Below, one piece after another: positions 14,551 to 26,784 of a stretch of DNA of 64,000 nt. Source of the stretch: Octopus vulgaris (lineage: Eukaryota); contig OX597822.1 of the NCBI GenBank assembly GCA_951406725.2, forward strand, positions 32,736,001 to 32,800,000, read 5' to 3'. A program made the position numbers and the translations under genes. The notes beneath the pieces were generated by a model. That model was not told where the DNA came from, ran no database searches, and worked only from the letters and a program-made list of their open reading frames with translations. Every line of letters begins with the position of its first letter. Position 1 is the first letter of the stretch.

Positions 14551-16855
14551 TAATACAAGATAAGGAAACAACCATAGGATTATGGAATGCATTTACAAAT
14601 GTGTCACATAATATTACATGATATAATGACGCCTTTACAGTTGTTTCAATATATCCTATCATGTCCTTATTTCATGCAACTAGAGAATATGAAATAATGC
14701 CATATTACGCCAAAGCGTAAAAGGAGATATATTTCCATCTCCTGTTATTGATATTTGCTTAAACTCTTTCTTCTAGTCAGTTAATACTGTCCGCTCACTA
14801 TCTTGGTGTTTTGGGGGAAATATCTATTAGCGTATAATAATACTCTTACCCCCTACGTATATGTAAGTTTGTATGTGTGTGCTTGCATGTGTGTCTGTGT
14901 CGCTGAGTGTATGCATGTCTCCGTGTGTGTGTGCGTTTGCGTGTACATTTAAAAAAAGTGTGATCTATATATATATACATATATAGATAAATGTATAAGA
15001 ATGTTTTTTTCTAATTAGGCTATTTACCGTGCAAATATTTAATACAAAGTCATCTGTTTCGTGCTTTGAAGATGAGAGGATGAAAAAAATTGCAGTCTGT
15101 GAAATTTATATAATAAAGAAATGTTATTGGTCGATAAAATAAAATTCAGAATCATCTAAGTCCTTTCACAATTTTCATCTCAGAAAACCAAATCATGTCA
15201 GTGCTGCATTTAATTATTTTCTCATGTCATACTAAGTATTTTATACGAATTAATCATTCTAAAACATATACAGTTCATTATTTTGATGTTGTCGTATATA
15301 GTTTTGCTTTATAAAATTTTATTTTGTGATTATCAAAATATATTTTAAATGATAAGTATTGTTTTCTATGAAAATTCTTATCATTAAAATAAACTAGAAA
15401 AATACAGCAAATATTGCAATATAAAAGTTCCTGAATGACTATAAAGCAAAGTCGATTCATAAAATAATATTACCGTGACAAAAACCACAAACATATTAAT
15501 AAAAGACCATCACACTTGAGGCTATATCAGTAATTAAAGCATTTTAAATCTAGACATTATCTCGCTAAAATTTGATTAAAGAAAATATTCATATATTCTT
15601 ATAAAATATCGTTCAGTGTATTGTATCCATAGGATAACAGATAAAAAGCCTGTAGTCACATTTTAATGTTCAGTAATATCCTTTATTCAATAAGGTAATT
15701 ATAGAAAATATCTCACTTTGTATCGCAAAAGAAAATATTAAGGTGTGCGAAACACTTCTTTCAATTGCTCGTTATCAGAATACCATCATGAAACTATGAC
15801 GTATGTCACACTTCGACAGATTCACCAGTTCGATCTTTAATTTCATATTGATGTATTGTTGATAGTGAGTGTAGTTATTTCGCCTCGGTTTTATTCGGAT
15901 TTTATACATAATAGATCAAATGTATTCCGGATATGGAGATACCATATACATTTTTAATGAACAATGTTTTCGCCAGTACATTATTCAGTGCCTCCTTTAC
16001 ATCCATTTTCCTAACGGCAATATTGTATGTTGAAACATTTGACAATTACCTCCAAAAGGTCGATCTACTAGATAGAGCTTTAGAGTTATCATAGTATAAG
16101 ATGTAAGATTATCACAAGGACAGCAACGGTTAAGAATAATACAATAAAAATTTTCTTTTGGATGTAATTAATCTAACGCAAATTCTAATCACAGCCTCGA
16201 TTATCTGAAAGCAATTAAAACTAAATATCTGTTTAATACAGCAGTTGAATGCAAAAATTACATTAAGCTTAGCAAGTAATATTTCGAAAACAAATCATTT
16301 ATAATAAGCTGCAATGAAACCCACTGAATATTTTCTTATATGTTTAATTATTAAAGAAGAACGCATTAGCTCTATACTTTAGAGAATTTCAATAATAATT
16401 AATCAGAAATAACGTAAATTAAATAATCCTGCAATACACCGGATATTTTTTTTATACTTCTCAATTTAACACTTCGTGTTTTAAAATTTCATTACGATAG
16501 ATACGTTCTTTTTCCCTGAAGTTGTATATAATTACATCATCTCAGTTAACACACAGAATTTAAAGTAATAATTGTAAGGTTAAAGAAAGCGCTTTCTGTT
16601 CTGAACATGGAGGATACCTTGACAAAAATCGCAAGTGTTTTAAAATGTTAACAAAACAATATCACGCTTTAAAATTTCTCAGCAATTAAACAATGCTTAG
16701 CATTTTAAATTTAAAAGTTATCTCATCATAATTTCATTAATGGTAATATTCAGAAGTTCTTATTAAATTTGAAAACTACACACACACACGCGCACACATA
16801 CACGCGCGCTTGTACACACACCCACACACAACTATAAATATAAATATAAATAAAA

Positions 16856-17757
16856 GAAGTTCGTTTTCTATGTTTTTGTTTTTTATGTTTTCGTTTCTCA
16901 TTGTATTCAAGGTTTTTTTGATGTCCTGTACCCGTATATGCATGTATATATACATATATATGTAGGTATGCACATATATTTATGTATGTATATGCATATA
17001 TTTATATATTATTTATATCATAATATGATCGAACGCCACACATCCTTTTCCGAGTAAGTTTTATCGTAATAATTACGATGCGTACTCTTCTATCTCTACT
17101 ATCACTTCTCTGTCTATCGCTGCCCCTCTCTTGTTATTCATCCCTTCTGGTTTTCTCTCCTAGCCTTCCCTATTATTCTCCTCTCATCTTCCCTGCTCCC
17201 TCTCTCTCTCACTCTTCCTGTTTGATTCTCTTGTTGCTGACACGTGACGAAAGGAAATCTATCTTTCTGCCCATTACCTTCCTAAAGACAACACGTGTTT
17301 ATACCTGTCTCCTCTCATAAGCTCGTCCTCCTAGCAATCATAATAATTTCTCTATCTTCTTGGCTTAATAGCCATCGCTGTTTGTTTTCACTGCCTTGTT
17401 TTCACTCTCCTGTTCTTGTTAACACTTTCACCCTCCACAAAAAATCCCAAATTTTATTTAATTTGGTTTGCGGGAAGGACTGTTTCAATGAAGTCACGTA
17501 TTGTCCTTGTCTTCGACGCGGAGGGGTGGAAACAGGGACAACAGATGAAGGGGAATATTCTATATGTTGCATGTCTCGTTTTTCTTTTTGTTTGTTTTTT
17601 TTCCGATGTTCGAAAAAAGTTCGTTTTCTATGTTTTTGTTTTTATGTGTTCGTTTCTCATTGCTTTCAACGTTTTTTTTATATGTCCTGTACCCATATAC
17701 ACATATATATGTAGGTATGTTCATATATGTATATATATATGCATATATTTATATATT
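16856..17757 (+). mobile_element. Non-coding Penelope-like family P1 element with a partial tandem terminal repeat
   Basis: 16856-17001 is repeated directly at 17616-17757. The first copy carries an extra tail (17020-17065) homologous to the tail of 48027-48514. The same family occurs at 38995-39370. Flanked by CA/TA runs. Confidence 0.7.
17490..17555 (+). ncRNA. Degenerate hammerhead-like motif in type II order (GAAA..UH..stem I..CUGANGA)
   Basis: GAAgtcACGTA TTGTCCTTG [loop] CAGGGACAA CAGATGA AGGGG. Stem I pairs over 9 bp; the core carries substitutions. Confidence 0.45.
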
Positions 17758-17789
17758 ACATATATATATATATATATATATATACATAC

Positions 17790-17839
<50 letters not shown>

Positions 17840-19333
17840 CTTAACTTTCCAAGGAATTACCAGAATAGGTAAAATGTGAGATCTTGTTAACATAGAGTAT
17901 ATTACCTTACATTCTTGTCTTTGATAGAGAAGACAATATATATGTATCTGCATTTGCGAAGTCAAACCTACACCCACCACCCACACACACACACGTATAT
18001 ATGACATGCGGACATGACGTCTTTTTTAGCATAGTTTATTCACCCGTGGGACCTATGCTGTTACATAAGTTGTCATACAGCTTATATGTTATTTTTATTA
18101 GATTTTGTTGAATAATTCGTCGTAGGTGAATCACTATAGTAACTTTCAAACAACGAACTAACGCCCGCTGGATGTTCTTCCAATACGTATATTAACACCT
18201 GCTGTGTGTCTGCGTATTTCCTTAGAATAATTGTTTTGTTGAATAGATCATCTGGATATTTGTTTTAGATACTTATTCATCCACCCGATTTCTCGGAAAT
18301 TGTCTTACAGTTAAATATTTTGAGATAATATTTAATTGCAAAGACTGTATTCATTGTTTTCGAAAAATGAGAACGTAGCAACGGCATCGTACTTTTCCTC
18401 GAGGGCAAAACTATATATAATAATAAACTAATATTTTTTTTTCCTTTGACGTAATGCAACTAAAGTATACAGAATGTTTGAGAGAAAAGATCATACTTGG
18501 AAATAAATGGAATCGTAGTCAATATATAACACTAATAAGAGATTCCTATAGATTATGAACGTTACAAAACGTAATGCAGTCAAAGTATGGAATACATTTA
18601 TAAAGCAAGGTCAAGTACCATTAAACTTTGATGAAATTATTTCGAATAATTCATTCTTTATACGATTCAATTATAAATAATACCTCACTCACAACTCAAA
18701 AATTACATTTTTTTCGATGCTTCCTTACAACAATTGAAGATTTATATTAGATCCCGTGCCAAAACTTGGATATAAATTAACATAAATGAATTCATTCAAG
18801 AAAAACATTCTTGACTTTAGATACAGAGAAGTATGCTTTTTGGAGAGTGGCTTATTCTATGAAAGAGAGATTCTTTTCTTGAGATAATATCTTCTTTGTA
18901 AGTTAATTCAGAATTCTATCGTTTTAGATGCAGATGTGTATACACATTTCATTAACTCACATACATTTCCTGCCTAATTTACATTTAAACGTTAATTTAC
19001 GCAATCATACGATCTCTGTAGATCACAGAATGTTCTGTTTAATCATCAGAAGTATAACATCCATTATGATTCATTTTAAAATTCCAAGAGAAGGGTTTTA
19101 TATTTTGAAACATACAGACGCCTAATTGGCAGGAACACTACGGAGTATCTACAATGGTTCCTTAACCTTCTTGATTCAAACCTTCAGATTTCATAAAATA
19201 CCGCTTTTGTTTGTTCATGCAGCTCTCCCCTGACACCTTCATAGTATTGCTCTGTGTCCCAGTACAATACGAGTTGTATTTACAACATGAAAATAAAAAG
19301 CAAAAGTATCAATTTTAGTGTTTCGTTAGTTGT

Positions 19334-19413
<80 letters not shown>

Positions 19414-19414
19414 C

Positions 19415-19536
<122 letters not shown>

Positions 19537-19580
19537 CGGCGAGCTGGTATATATATATGTATATATATATATATATATAT

Positions 19581-19808
19581 AAGGCGGCGAGCTGGTAGAA
19601 ACGTTAGCACGCCGGGCGAAATTCGTAGCCGTATTTCGTCTGTCGTTACGTTCCGAGTTCAAATTCCGCCGAGGTCGACTTTGCCTTTCATCCTTTCGGG
19701 GTCGATAAATTAAGTACCAGTTACGCACTGGGGTCGATGTAGTCGACTTAATCCCTTTGTCTGTCCTTGTTTGTCCCCTCTGTGTTTAGCCCCTTGTGGG
19801 TAGTAAAG

Positions 19809-19812
<4 letters not shown>
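19581..19812 (+). mobile_element. tRNA-derived SINE family A, full length, in a (TA)n run
   Basis: A box GAGCTGGTAGAA, B box GTTCAAATTC, central GCCTTTCATCCTTTCGGGGTCGATAAATTAAGTACCAG (resembles the Nin/Deu SINE domain), tail GCCCCTTGTGGGTAGTAAAGAAAT. Confidence 0.9.
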
Positions 19813-19880
<68 letters not shown>

Positions 19881-19883
<3 letters not shown>

Positions 19884-20138
19884 AGAAGTATTGGGGATGA
19901 TGTACAGATTTAATACATATGAAAGAAAAAGATGTTCAGAATACTGGACGGTGTAAAAATATATATTTTTATTTACATATCATATATTATTACTTCATAT
20001 TAGCGCTTTCAACTACTCCTGTAGTTTCATCAGTAACTACAGGAGTAGTTGAAAGCGCTAATATGAAGTAATAATATGATATGTAAATGAAAATATATAT
20101 GTTTACAACCATCCAGCATTCTGATTTTTTTTTCTTTC

Positions 20139-20142
<4 letters not shown>
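19881..20142. mobile_element. Fold-back mini-element (arms about 110 bp) centred on a hammerhead core
   Basis: 19917-20026 is the reverse complement of 20035-20142, with an 8-nt spacer tcatcagt and a 36-nt one-sided tail (19881-19916). TA runs lie on both sides. Confidence 0.9.
19996..20036 (-). ncRNA. Minimal type I hammerhead ribozyme motif, 5' strand of stem I lost
   Basis: Minus strand: CTGATGA AACTAC agga GTAGTT GAAA GCGC TA atatg. Intact core, 6-bp stem II and palindromic stem III (AGCGCT). Confidence 0.75.
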
Positions 20143-20170
<28 letters not shown>

Positions 20171-20279
20171 GTATATATGTATATGTATATATGTATATAT
20201 ACATATATACATATATACATATACATATATACACATATATATATATATGTATATATGTATATGTATATATGTATATATG

Positions 20280-20316
<37 letters not shown>

Positions 20317-20767
20317 GTATGTATATATATATATTTATGTTTATATATGTATGTATATATGTTGCTAACCTCACTGACTGACGAGTGACTTTGCTTACCT
20401 TAATACTGTTTGGACGCTTTTTCTTCCCTAGTTTTGCTGTGTTGTTAATATTGCTTCGTACCATCTGGAACTTGTTGAATTTTACTACTGAAAATGTGTT
20501 TTTGAACGTTGTTGAACTTTCCTGTTCCCCGGTTTTACCGGGGAATAATTGGATAATTTGTTACTGTTGAACTGTTAGCCATTGTGGCTTTTTTTATCTA
20601 CGTGACTGTATATAATCTTGCCAGACTATTTTCGGGCCCCTCCCCCGAATGGGGGTGGGAATTAAACTTAATTTTTAAACTGCTTTTTACCACTCATTGA
20701 ACTGCTTTGGAAGAAAATTTTTTTATAGGTTTCCCAGTTTTGTGGGAAACCAATATTTGTATTTTTT

Positions 20768-22207
20768 ATGTTGTCTATTACTAATTTCAACAGAATAATG
20801 TATGTTGAGATTATTCACGAAAATAGTGCTCTTGAGGAGAGCAATGTTGATAACTGTAGTAAAAAATTTTCTGCCGTGGCAACCGAGAACATTGACATCA
20901 ATGTCAATCAGCTCGTCGAGCTATTTAAAAGAATGAAAGAGGAGAGTGGTGATCTTAAAATATCACCCTCCGCCAGTATCGTGGAGACCGAGAAGTGGAC
21001 CGTAGTGTTTAAAAGCTCCTGTCCACAAAGCAGAAGGTTCAAACACTTTGAAAAAAATACTATCGAGAAATGCCTGTCCCCGATTTGGAAGGACATTGTG
21101 TACGTCGCCAGGGGACGGCCATATGGCACTGTGGAGGTCCGCTCCTCGAGGGAAGAGGTGGCCCGCGGGCATTCTGTGAATCCCCTAAAAACCAAGGAGG
21201 TGGTACTTCTGCTAACCTATAGGGGACGCAGGTCGTTCCGGATCAGGATTGCAGAAGCACCGCCGGAAGTAGATCCTGTAGAGGTAGTGGCCGCCCTGTG
21301 AAATAAAAGGACGAACAAAATTAAAATATTACAGGTAACATGCTCTGCCCCTCAATATTGGCTTGGGCGAGACATTAATGTAATAATTCAAGGAACACAG
21401 GAGGGCCTGCAGGTCCTTCCTGAGAGGGTGCTCGTGGGCGAGAATGTGGCTCTCAAGGTACAGGTCGAAGGCCGAAAACCCACCTGCTACGCCTGCGGCA
21501 AAAAGGGCCACATTTGTGTAGACTGTCCAGACAAGCAAAAGAAACCGCAGACACCAGGCCCCTCAGATAATAAAAAAAATCCCTACCCTTGCAAACTCAG
21601 CAACCCCTACAAAAACAAAAAGTCCCACTCCTGCTGTTACGGTGCCAACCCCAAAACAAACTGACAAAAAACCCAGCCCTTGCACACACAAACCCCTACA
21701 TTATTAAAACTTCCCACCCCCTTAAAAACTGCGGCGCCTACTGAACGAAATATTACTACCCCAGACGATACCATGGAGGTATCAGAGGAGGGATTTACAA
21801 CTGTTCGTAAAAGAACTCGTGCATCATCCCCGTCCACATCCCCTACAAAAAATAATAAAAACAAGGACACACCACAGGCACCAAAAGAGAAATCCCGCCC
21901 AACTGCCCCCCCACCAAAAAAAGACGAAAAAAATGAACTCATATTAATTAAATATGATACACGAAACAAATATATAAACGATGTTGTGGTTCCGCATCAC
22001 ACAGCAAGACTGTACAACAAACACAAAGATCTAAACGAAAGATGTGCGTGGATTGAGGAAATAGTGTTCAAACAATTAAAAGACCGACGCCCAGAGGCCA
22101 TCCGGCGTATGGCGAACTTGCCGGACTATCTGAAGAAGGAGGAGAAAGAAGGGGCCCACAAATGTGTGGTGAGGTCGGCCTCAACCTCTCCAACGAAATG
22201 TAAGTAG
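20768..22207 (+). pseudogene. LINE ORF1 (gag-like, zinc knuckle), broken into three ORFs
   Basis: ORFs 20768..21301, 21428..21664 (CYACGKKGHICVDCP = CX2CX4HX4C) and 21680..22207 (Pro/Thr/Lys-rich, GFTTVRKR). Confidence 0.8.
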
Positions 22208-22224
22208 AACTTTTACTTTTTGTA

Positions 22225-23220
22225 ATGGCTTCTCTTAACCTTGGTTTCTTAAATGTGCGTGGTCTGAGTTCGAAGTAGAAGCAGGCTTGTTTCCACGACG
22301 ACCTCAGATCACATGATATACATGTGATGGTTGCTACTGAGACCAAACTGGACAGCCCACAAACCTTCTCGCCTCTCCTGAATGGCTACGAGAAAATCAT
22401 GTCTCCTGGCCAGACCGGAGGGCGAGGGAGTGTAGTGGTACTGATCCGTAAAGACTTGGCTCTGCAGACAAGTACAGTCTATGTGGACCCAGAAGGTGGG
22501 CTGGTCGTCCTTGATGTGACATACAGCAGTAAGGCCTTCAGGTTGATCGGACTCTATGCACCTTGTGCTAGAGGTTTCCAAACTGATTTTTATCGGCGCC
22601 TAGAGGGCTTTCTCGTGACGTCGAAGACCTTAGTGGTGTTAGGGGACTTTAATGCTACCGTTGACGTACACATCGATAGCGTTGGCTCGATCCATAGGAA
22701 AGTAAACTCACTTCTCGTGGATCTGCTTAAGCGGTTTCAACTGGCAGATCGTAACAGACTTGACCATCCGAACGTCCCAGAGTGGACCTGGATGAGTGGC
22801 GACGGAAGGTTCAAGTCTTATCTATACAGGATAGTGAAAAGAACTAGAGATAAATCTAGTTTTAGTTGTCCACAGCTCGTCCAGGTGCCCTATACTGACC
22901 ATAGAATGGTCAAGTGTAGACTGGACATAGATGGCACACTTAAGATAGGAACCAGCTACTGGAAGCTGAACAAGTCTATTTTGACTCGCGAGGCATACCG
23001 TAGCCGGATTAAGGAGTTAGTGCAGAGGGCGTTAACCGGAGCCGTGATTAACAAACGGTGGTGGTTTGCCCTCAAAAGAGCCATTCGATTCGAGTCCATT
23101 AGATTTAGTAAACAACTAAGACTAGATAGGGCTAGAATAGAAGGGTAACTAGTTAAGAATTTAGAGGAGGCGTTGAGGTTGGGCTCTGCATCTTACATTT
23201 TAGCGGTGAGAACTGCATTA
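22225..23220 (+). pseudogene. LINE ORF2 N-terminus, AP endonuclease domain
   Basis: MASLNLGFLNVRGL (one in-frame stop follows), TETKL, LYAP, VLGDFNA, WTW, YTDHRMV and YWKLNKSIL are canonical L1/Tx1 endonuclease motifs. Confidence 0.88.
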
Positions 23221-23469
23221 TATGGATGATTGATTCTACATTAATATTTTACATAGTGGCTTTTCTTTCTATCGATGAAGGGCCAATGTGAAATCAACGT
23301 CTATCATATACAAAAATGATTCTCACTAATACACGTGTAGTATATAAATTGACGCTCATTTGCTTGATGAGAACGAATCAAATCAGCTTCAGGATTGTAT
23401 TGCCGGTCGAATGATGTTCATCTGTATGCATTCACTAATCGATGTTTCCTACTTCAAAGTAAAAGTTTT

Positions 23470-23783
23470 AAAAAAACCATCGGTTATGAATGACCATGGG
23501 ATTGCATATAGGAAGTTCCCCTCCGACGCACATGTCCGGGAAACATTGTTTATGCAAGACCAGAAGTTGCCCATGCTTATCAGACTCCACCCTCCAGGCC
23601 AGCGATGTTATCTAAGAGAAAGATAAAGGCCGATACAGCTCGGCACCAGTGACGTCTCAATTCATTTCTAGAGCTGAGTGAATTGGATAAAGTGTCTTGC
23701 TCAAGAACACAACACACAGCCTGGTCCGGGAATCGAACTCACTATCTCATGATCGTGAGCCCGACGCCGTAATCACTGAGCCG
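23470..23783 (-). mobile_element. tRNA-derived SINE family C
   Basis: Minus strand GGCTCAGTGATTA...GAGTTCGATTCCCGGACC...TGTGTTCTTGAGCAAGACACTT. Homologous to 60262-60595. Confidence 0.8.
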
Positions 23784-24676
23784 CAGTAATAGTGGTTAAA
23801 ATAGTTATTTAAACATTATCAAAATGTAGAAAATTGGCTTAAGTCGCATTTTCGTGTGAAATTTGACCTCGAAAAAATGTGCAGTGTTATCTGTAGATCT
23901 TGTTGTTTAGTCTGAAGTATCCTTAACATTTCTTTCCATACGTAGAAAGATAGTTTAACTAATGGAAAAGCAGTTTCATTAATCATTTGAAGACGCAGAT
24001 GCAAGTTATCTTATGATATCTATTATGATATTACTTCAATTTCACAACTACAGCACCAAAGGGAAACCTTGTTGCGTAGGTTGAAATCTCTACGTTACTC
24101 TCGTCCATAAATTAAAGTACAATTAACTGTATTATCTCTGAGTGATGACAGTTTAGAACGTTATAGGTGAAATTTTCCGTCTTCTGAAACCAGAACTGTT
24201 GATCGCAATTAAATATTTATCGCACTGACACGTGAGGTAAATGAATATATAATAAAGAGTTTCCTATGGTTATTTTGGTAGGAAACTAGTAAGGATCGGC
24301 AGATATTATCGTATAATGACCGTAAGTTTGTCAAGATATCTAGATTCCAATTGGCACAGCCCACGTTCTTTTAAAGAAAATTAGATGTTTGGCAGTTTAC
24401 ACAGCTGTCTCTCCCATACTCATTCAAATATTATATCGAACACCTTTTCGCTTAAAGCTTTAGCTTTCATTTGTGCAGCCTCCTCCCCTGGTTGTTGTAC
24501 TGTGATGGTAGTAACTTCTGCTCCTCCGTGTTAGTTGGTCACGTATAAAATCTCAGAAAATTCTGAATCTCTCATATATCTTTCTTTCGTCCAGCATATT
24601 GAGTTTCGTTCAGACCATCCACGAAGCAGTACTACCAGTCGTTTCTTGGTTCATAACAGCATATATCTACAATTAC

Positions 24677-24831
24677 CTCTTCGAAAACGTTTTCGTTTTG
24701 ATCAGTCTTTGACTTGCAACTGTAAAAGAATAATGATCCTATCAGTCTGGGCAAGTTCACTCGCTGAGAAGGTTCTTACATGTCTAGGATGCTTACCTCG
24801 ACGCTGATCCTATTTTTCTGTGAGGTCGCAT
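24677..24831 (-). other. Candidate pair of small spliced exons (24797-24831+ and 24677-24719)
   Basis: GAG|gtaagc donor, a 77-nt intron with CTGAT branch-like site and ttcttttacag acceptor, then a 43-nt exon ending GAG|gtaatt. The joined frame reads MRPHRKIGSASSCKSKTDQNENVFEE; no homology recognised. Confidence 0.3.
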
Positions 24832-25427
24832 TGAGGATATCTTTATAACCCTTCCGCAAGTCAAAACATTAATTATATCCGATTTTGAGGTAAAACTTCA
24901 CTAGAATGAGCGTAGCACAATGTTTAGCGTATAGATATTTCGTATCGCATATCTATCCGACAAACCATCACATCGATTCCACCTACCAGGTTCATATATA
25001 AACTTTGTAACCGATGCTACGACGGGAAATAGGCAAGTCGTGTGCCGCGAAGTGTGTCCAAATCCGTAAACTCCTGATAAAGAAACTAATTTCTTAAAAT
25101 AGACAAAAAGTTGACCTGCTCTGAATTCTCTTCTAGTTTTAAGGTAACTCATACCACATATTAGAAAGTTTCCTTCACTACTTATTCACTTTCAATTTGC
25201 TAGTACTATGTATCTAGGTAAATTTATAATGATTTAACTGTTGAAACATAATTTAAAACTAAAATCTAGAATCTTTCTATTTTATTTATGGTTTTCGAAT
25301 TGATTAATAGACAAGATAGTGCTTATTAATGTTTTTTATGGCACAAAATTTCTGTGAATAAATAGATATAATGTTCATCGGTATTAACAAAATATTTCAT
25401 ATTTAAATAGCAAGTAAATTTCACAGT

Positions 25428-25620
25428 ACTCTTTTACTCTTTTGCTTGTTTCAGTCATTTGACAGCGGCCATGCTGAACCACCGCCTTTAGTCGAACAAA
25501 TCGACGCCAGGACTTATTCTTTATAAGCCTTGTACTTATATATGTTTATTGTAATTATTCTATCGGTCTCTTTTGCCGAACCTCTACGTTGCGAGAAGGG
25601 ACCAAAACACAGACACACAA
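25428..25620 (-). mobile_element. SINE family B, 3' half
   Basis: Matches 2233-2435 (tactcttttactcttttgcttgtttcagtcatttgacagcggccatgctg...). Confidence 0.8.
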
Positions 25621-25659
25621 ATACATACTTATATACATTCATACATACATGCATACATA

Positions 25660-25744
<85 letters not shown>

Positions 25745-25747
<3 letters not shown>

Positions 25748-26350
25748 TGAAGTTGTAAGGTAACACACGAATGGAAAAATATATATGCCAGAGTAAGCAC
25801 ATAAATGCGAAACAAGGTTGAATAAATACTACTCGAATACCAGAGGTAGAGTAATAAGCTTTATTAAAAAGCAGCAAAAATATCACGAAAACTGTTACTC
25901 AGAGTTTCACGTTCCCGTTCTGTTGGATAGTTTTGTTTAGAATGGAGCAAAATAAAATTATATGCAGAAACACAATTACTTTGATAGATACACATTTGAA
26001 AAGGACTTTGCTTCATTGGTCCTTTCAACAATAACAAATTGCGATTTAAAATCATATTATTATAAAAATCGAAGAAAACCTTAAATCAAAAAGAAAAGGC
26101 CTGAATACCTAGAGTAAATAATCAGTAGTAAAAATAATAATGAATTAATTAAAATATATATTCGTTTAAAAAACTTTCACGCTAAAATACATATACAGTT
26201 ATCAATACATACACATACCAAATAATCTATAATATACGTATATATTATAGATTGTACGTAAACATTACAAAACCTATATATATTATAGATTGTACGTAAA
26301 GATTAAAAAAAAACCTATCTTGTGTATATAATATTAAAATGTTAAAATGA
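25745..26350 (-). mobile_element. Probable Penelope-like pLTR fragment ending in a (TA)n run
   Basis: Abuts a TA run at 25744 and contains a hammerhead-like motif at 25888-25934. The far boundary is uncertain. Confidence 0.5.
25888..25934 (-). ncRNA. Type I hammerhead motif with a mutated core
   Basis: Minus strand: AAAACTAT ccaacaga ACG ggaa CGT GAAA CTCTGAG TA ACAGTTTT. Stem I 7/8 pairs, stem II 3 bp, near-palindromic stem III, GUA site; CUGANGA is degenerate. Confidence 0.65.
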
Positions 26351-26619
26351 GGAAATTGCACAACAAATCTCTCTCTCTCTCTCTCTCTTTACTTTCCGTT
26401 TCTTTTTCATTTCTTTCTTTTCCCTTGTTCTTCCCCTCCCCCACTTGTTATTCTCTGATTTTTTCCTTTTTTATTCCTTTTCTTTCTTTCACCTGTAACA
26501 AGTAAGTTGTATAAGTATACATGCGTGCGTGAGCATGCATACATACATACATACATACATACATATGAATTTGTATATATTTATGTTTTGCCTATATATG
26601 TCTGTATATGTATGTAGCA

Positions 26620-26730
26620 GTGGAGGCGCAATGGCCCAGTGGTTAGGGCAGCGGACTTGCAGTCGTAGAATCGCGGTTTCGATTCCCAGACCTAGCGTTC
26701 TGATAGTTTATTGAGTGAAAACACCTAAAC
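26620..26730 (+). mobile_element. tRNA-derived SINE head (truncated)
   Basis: GTGGAGGCGCAATGGCCCAGTGGTTAGGGCAGCGGAC...GGTTTCGATTCCCAGACC has A and B boxes but no acceptor-stem closure. Confidence 0.7.
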
Positions 26731-26784
26731 ACCTATATTGATGCATACATATGCGCGCGCGTGAGTGTATGTGTGTGTGTTTTC

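Larger units (their letters stand above)
20361..23220 (+). mobile_element. Tx1/L1-clade LINE, 5' portion (5'UTR, ORF1, endonuclease), 3' truncated
   Basis: A disrupted ORF1 with a CCHC knuckle is followed by an APE-type endonuclease ORF2. Similarity ends abruptly near 23220. Confidence 0.88.

Noticed and set aside
26620-26700. tRNA gene
   Set aside because: A and B boxes are present but there is no cloverleaf closure, and the sequence continues into SINE body.
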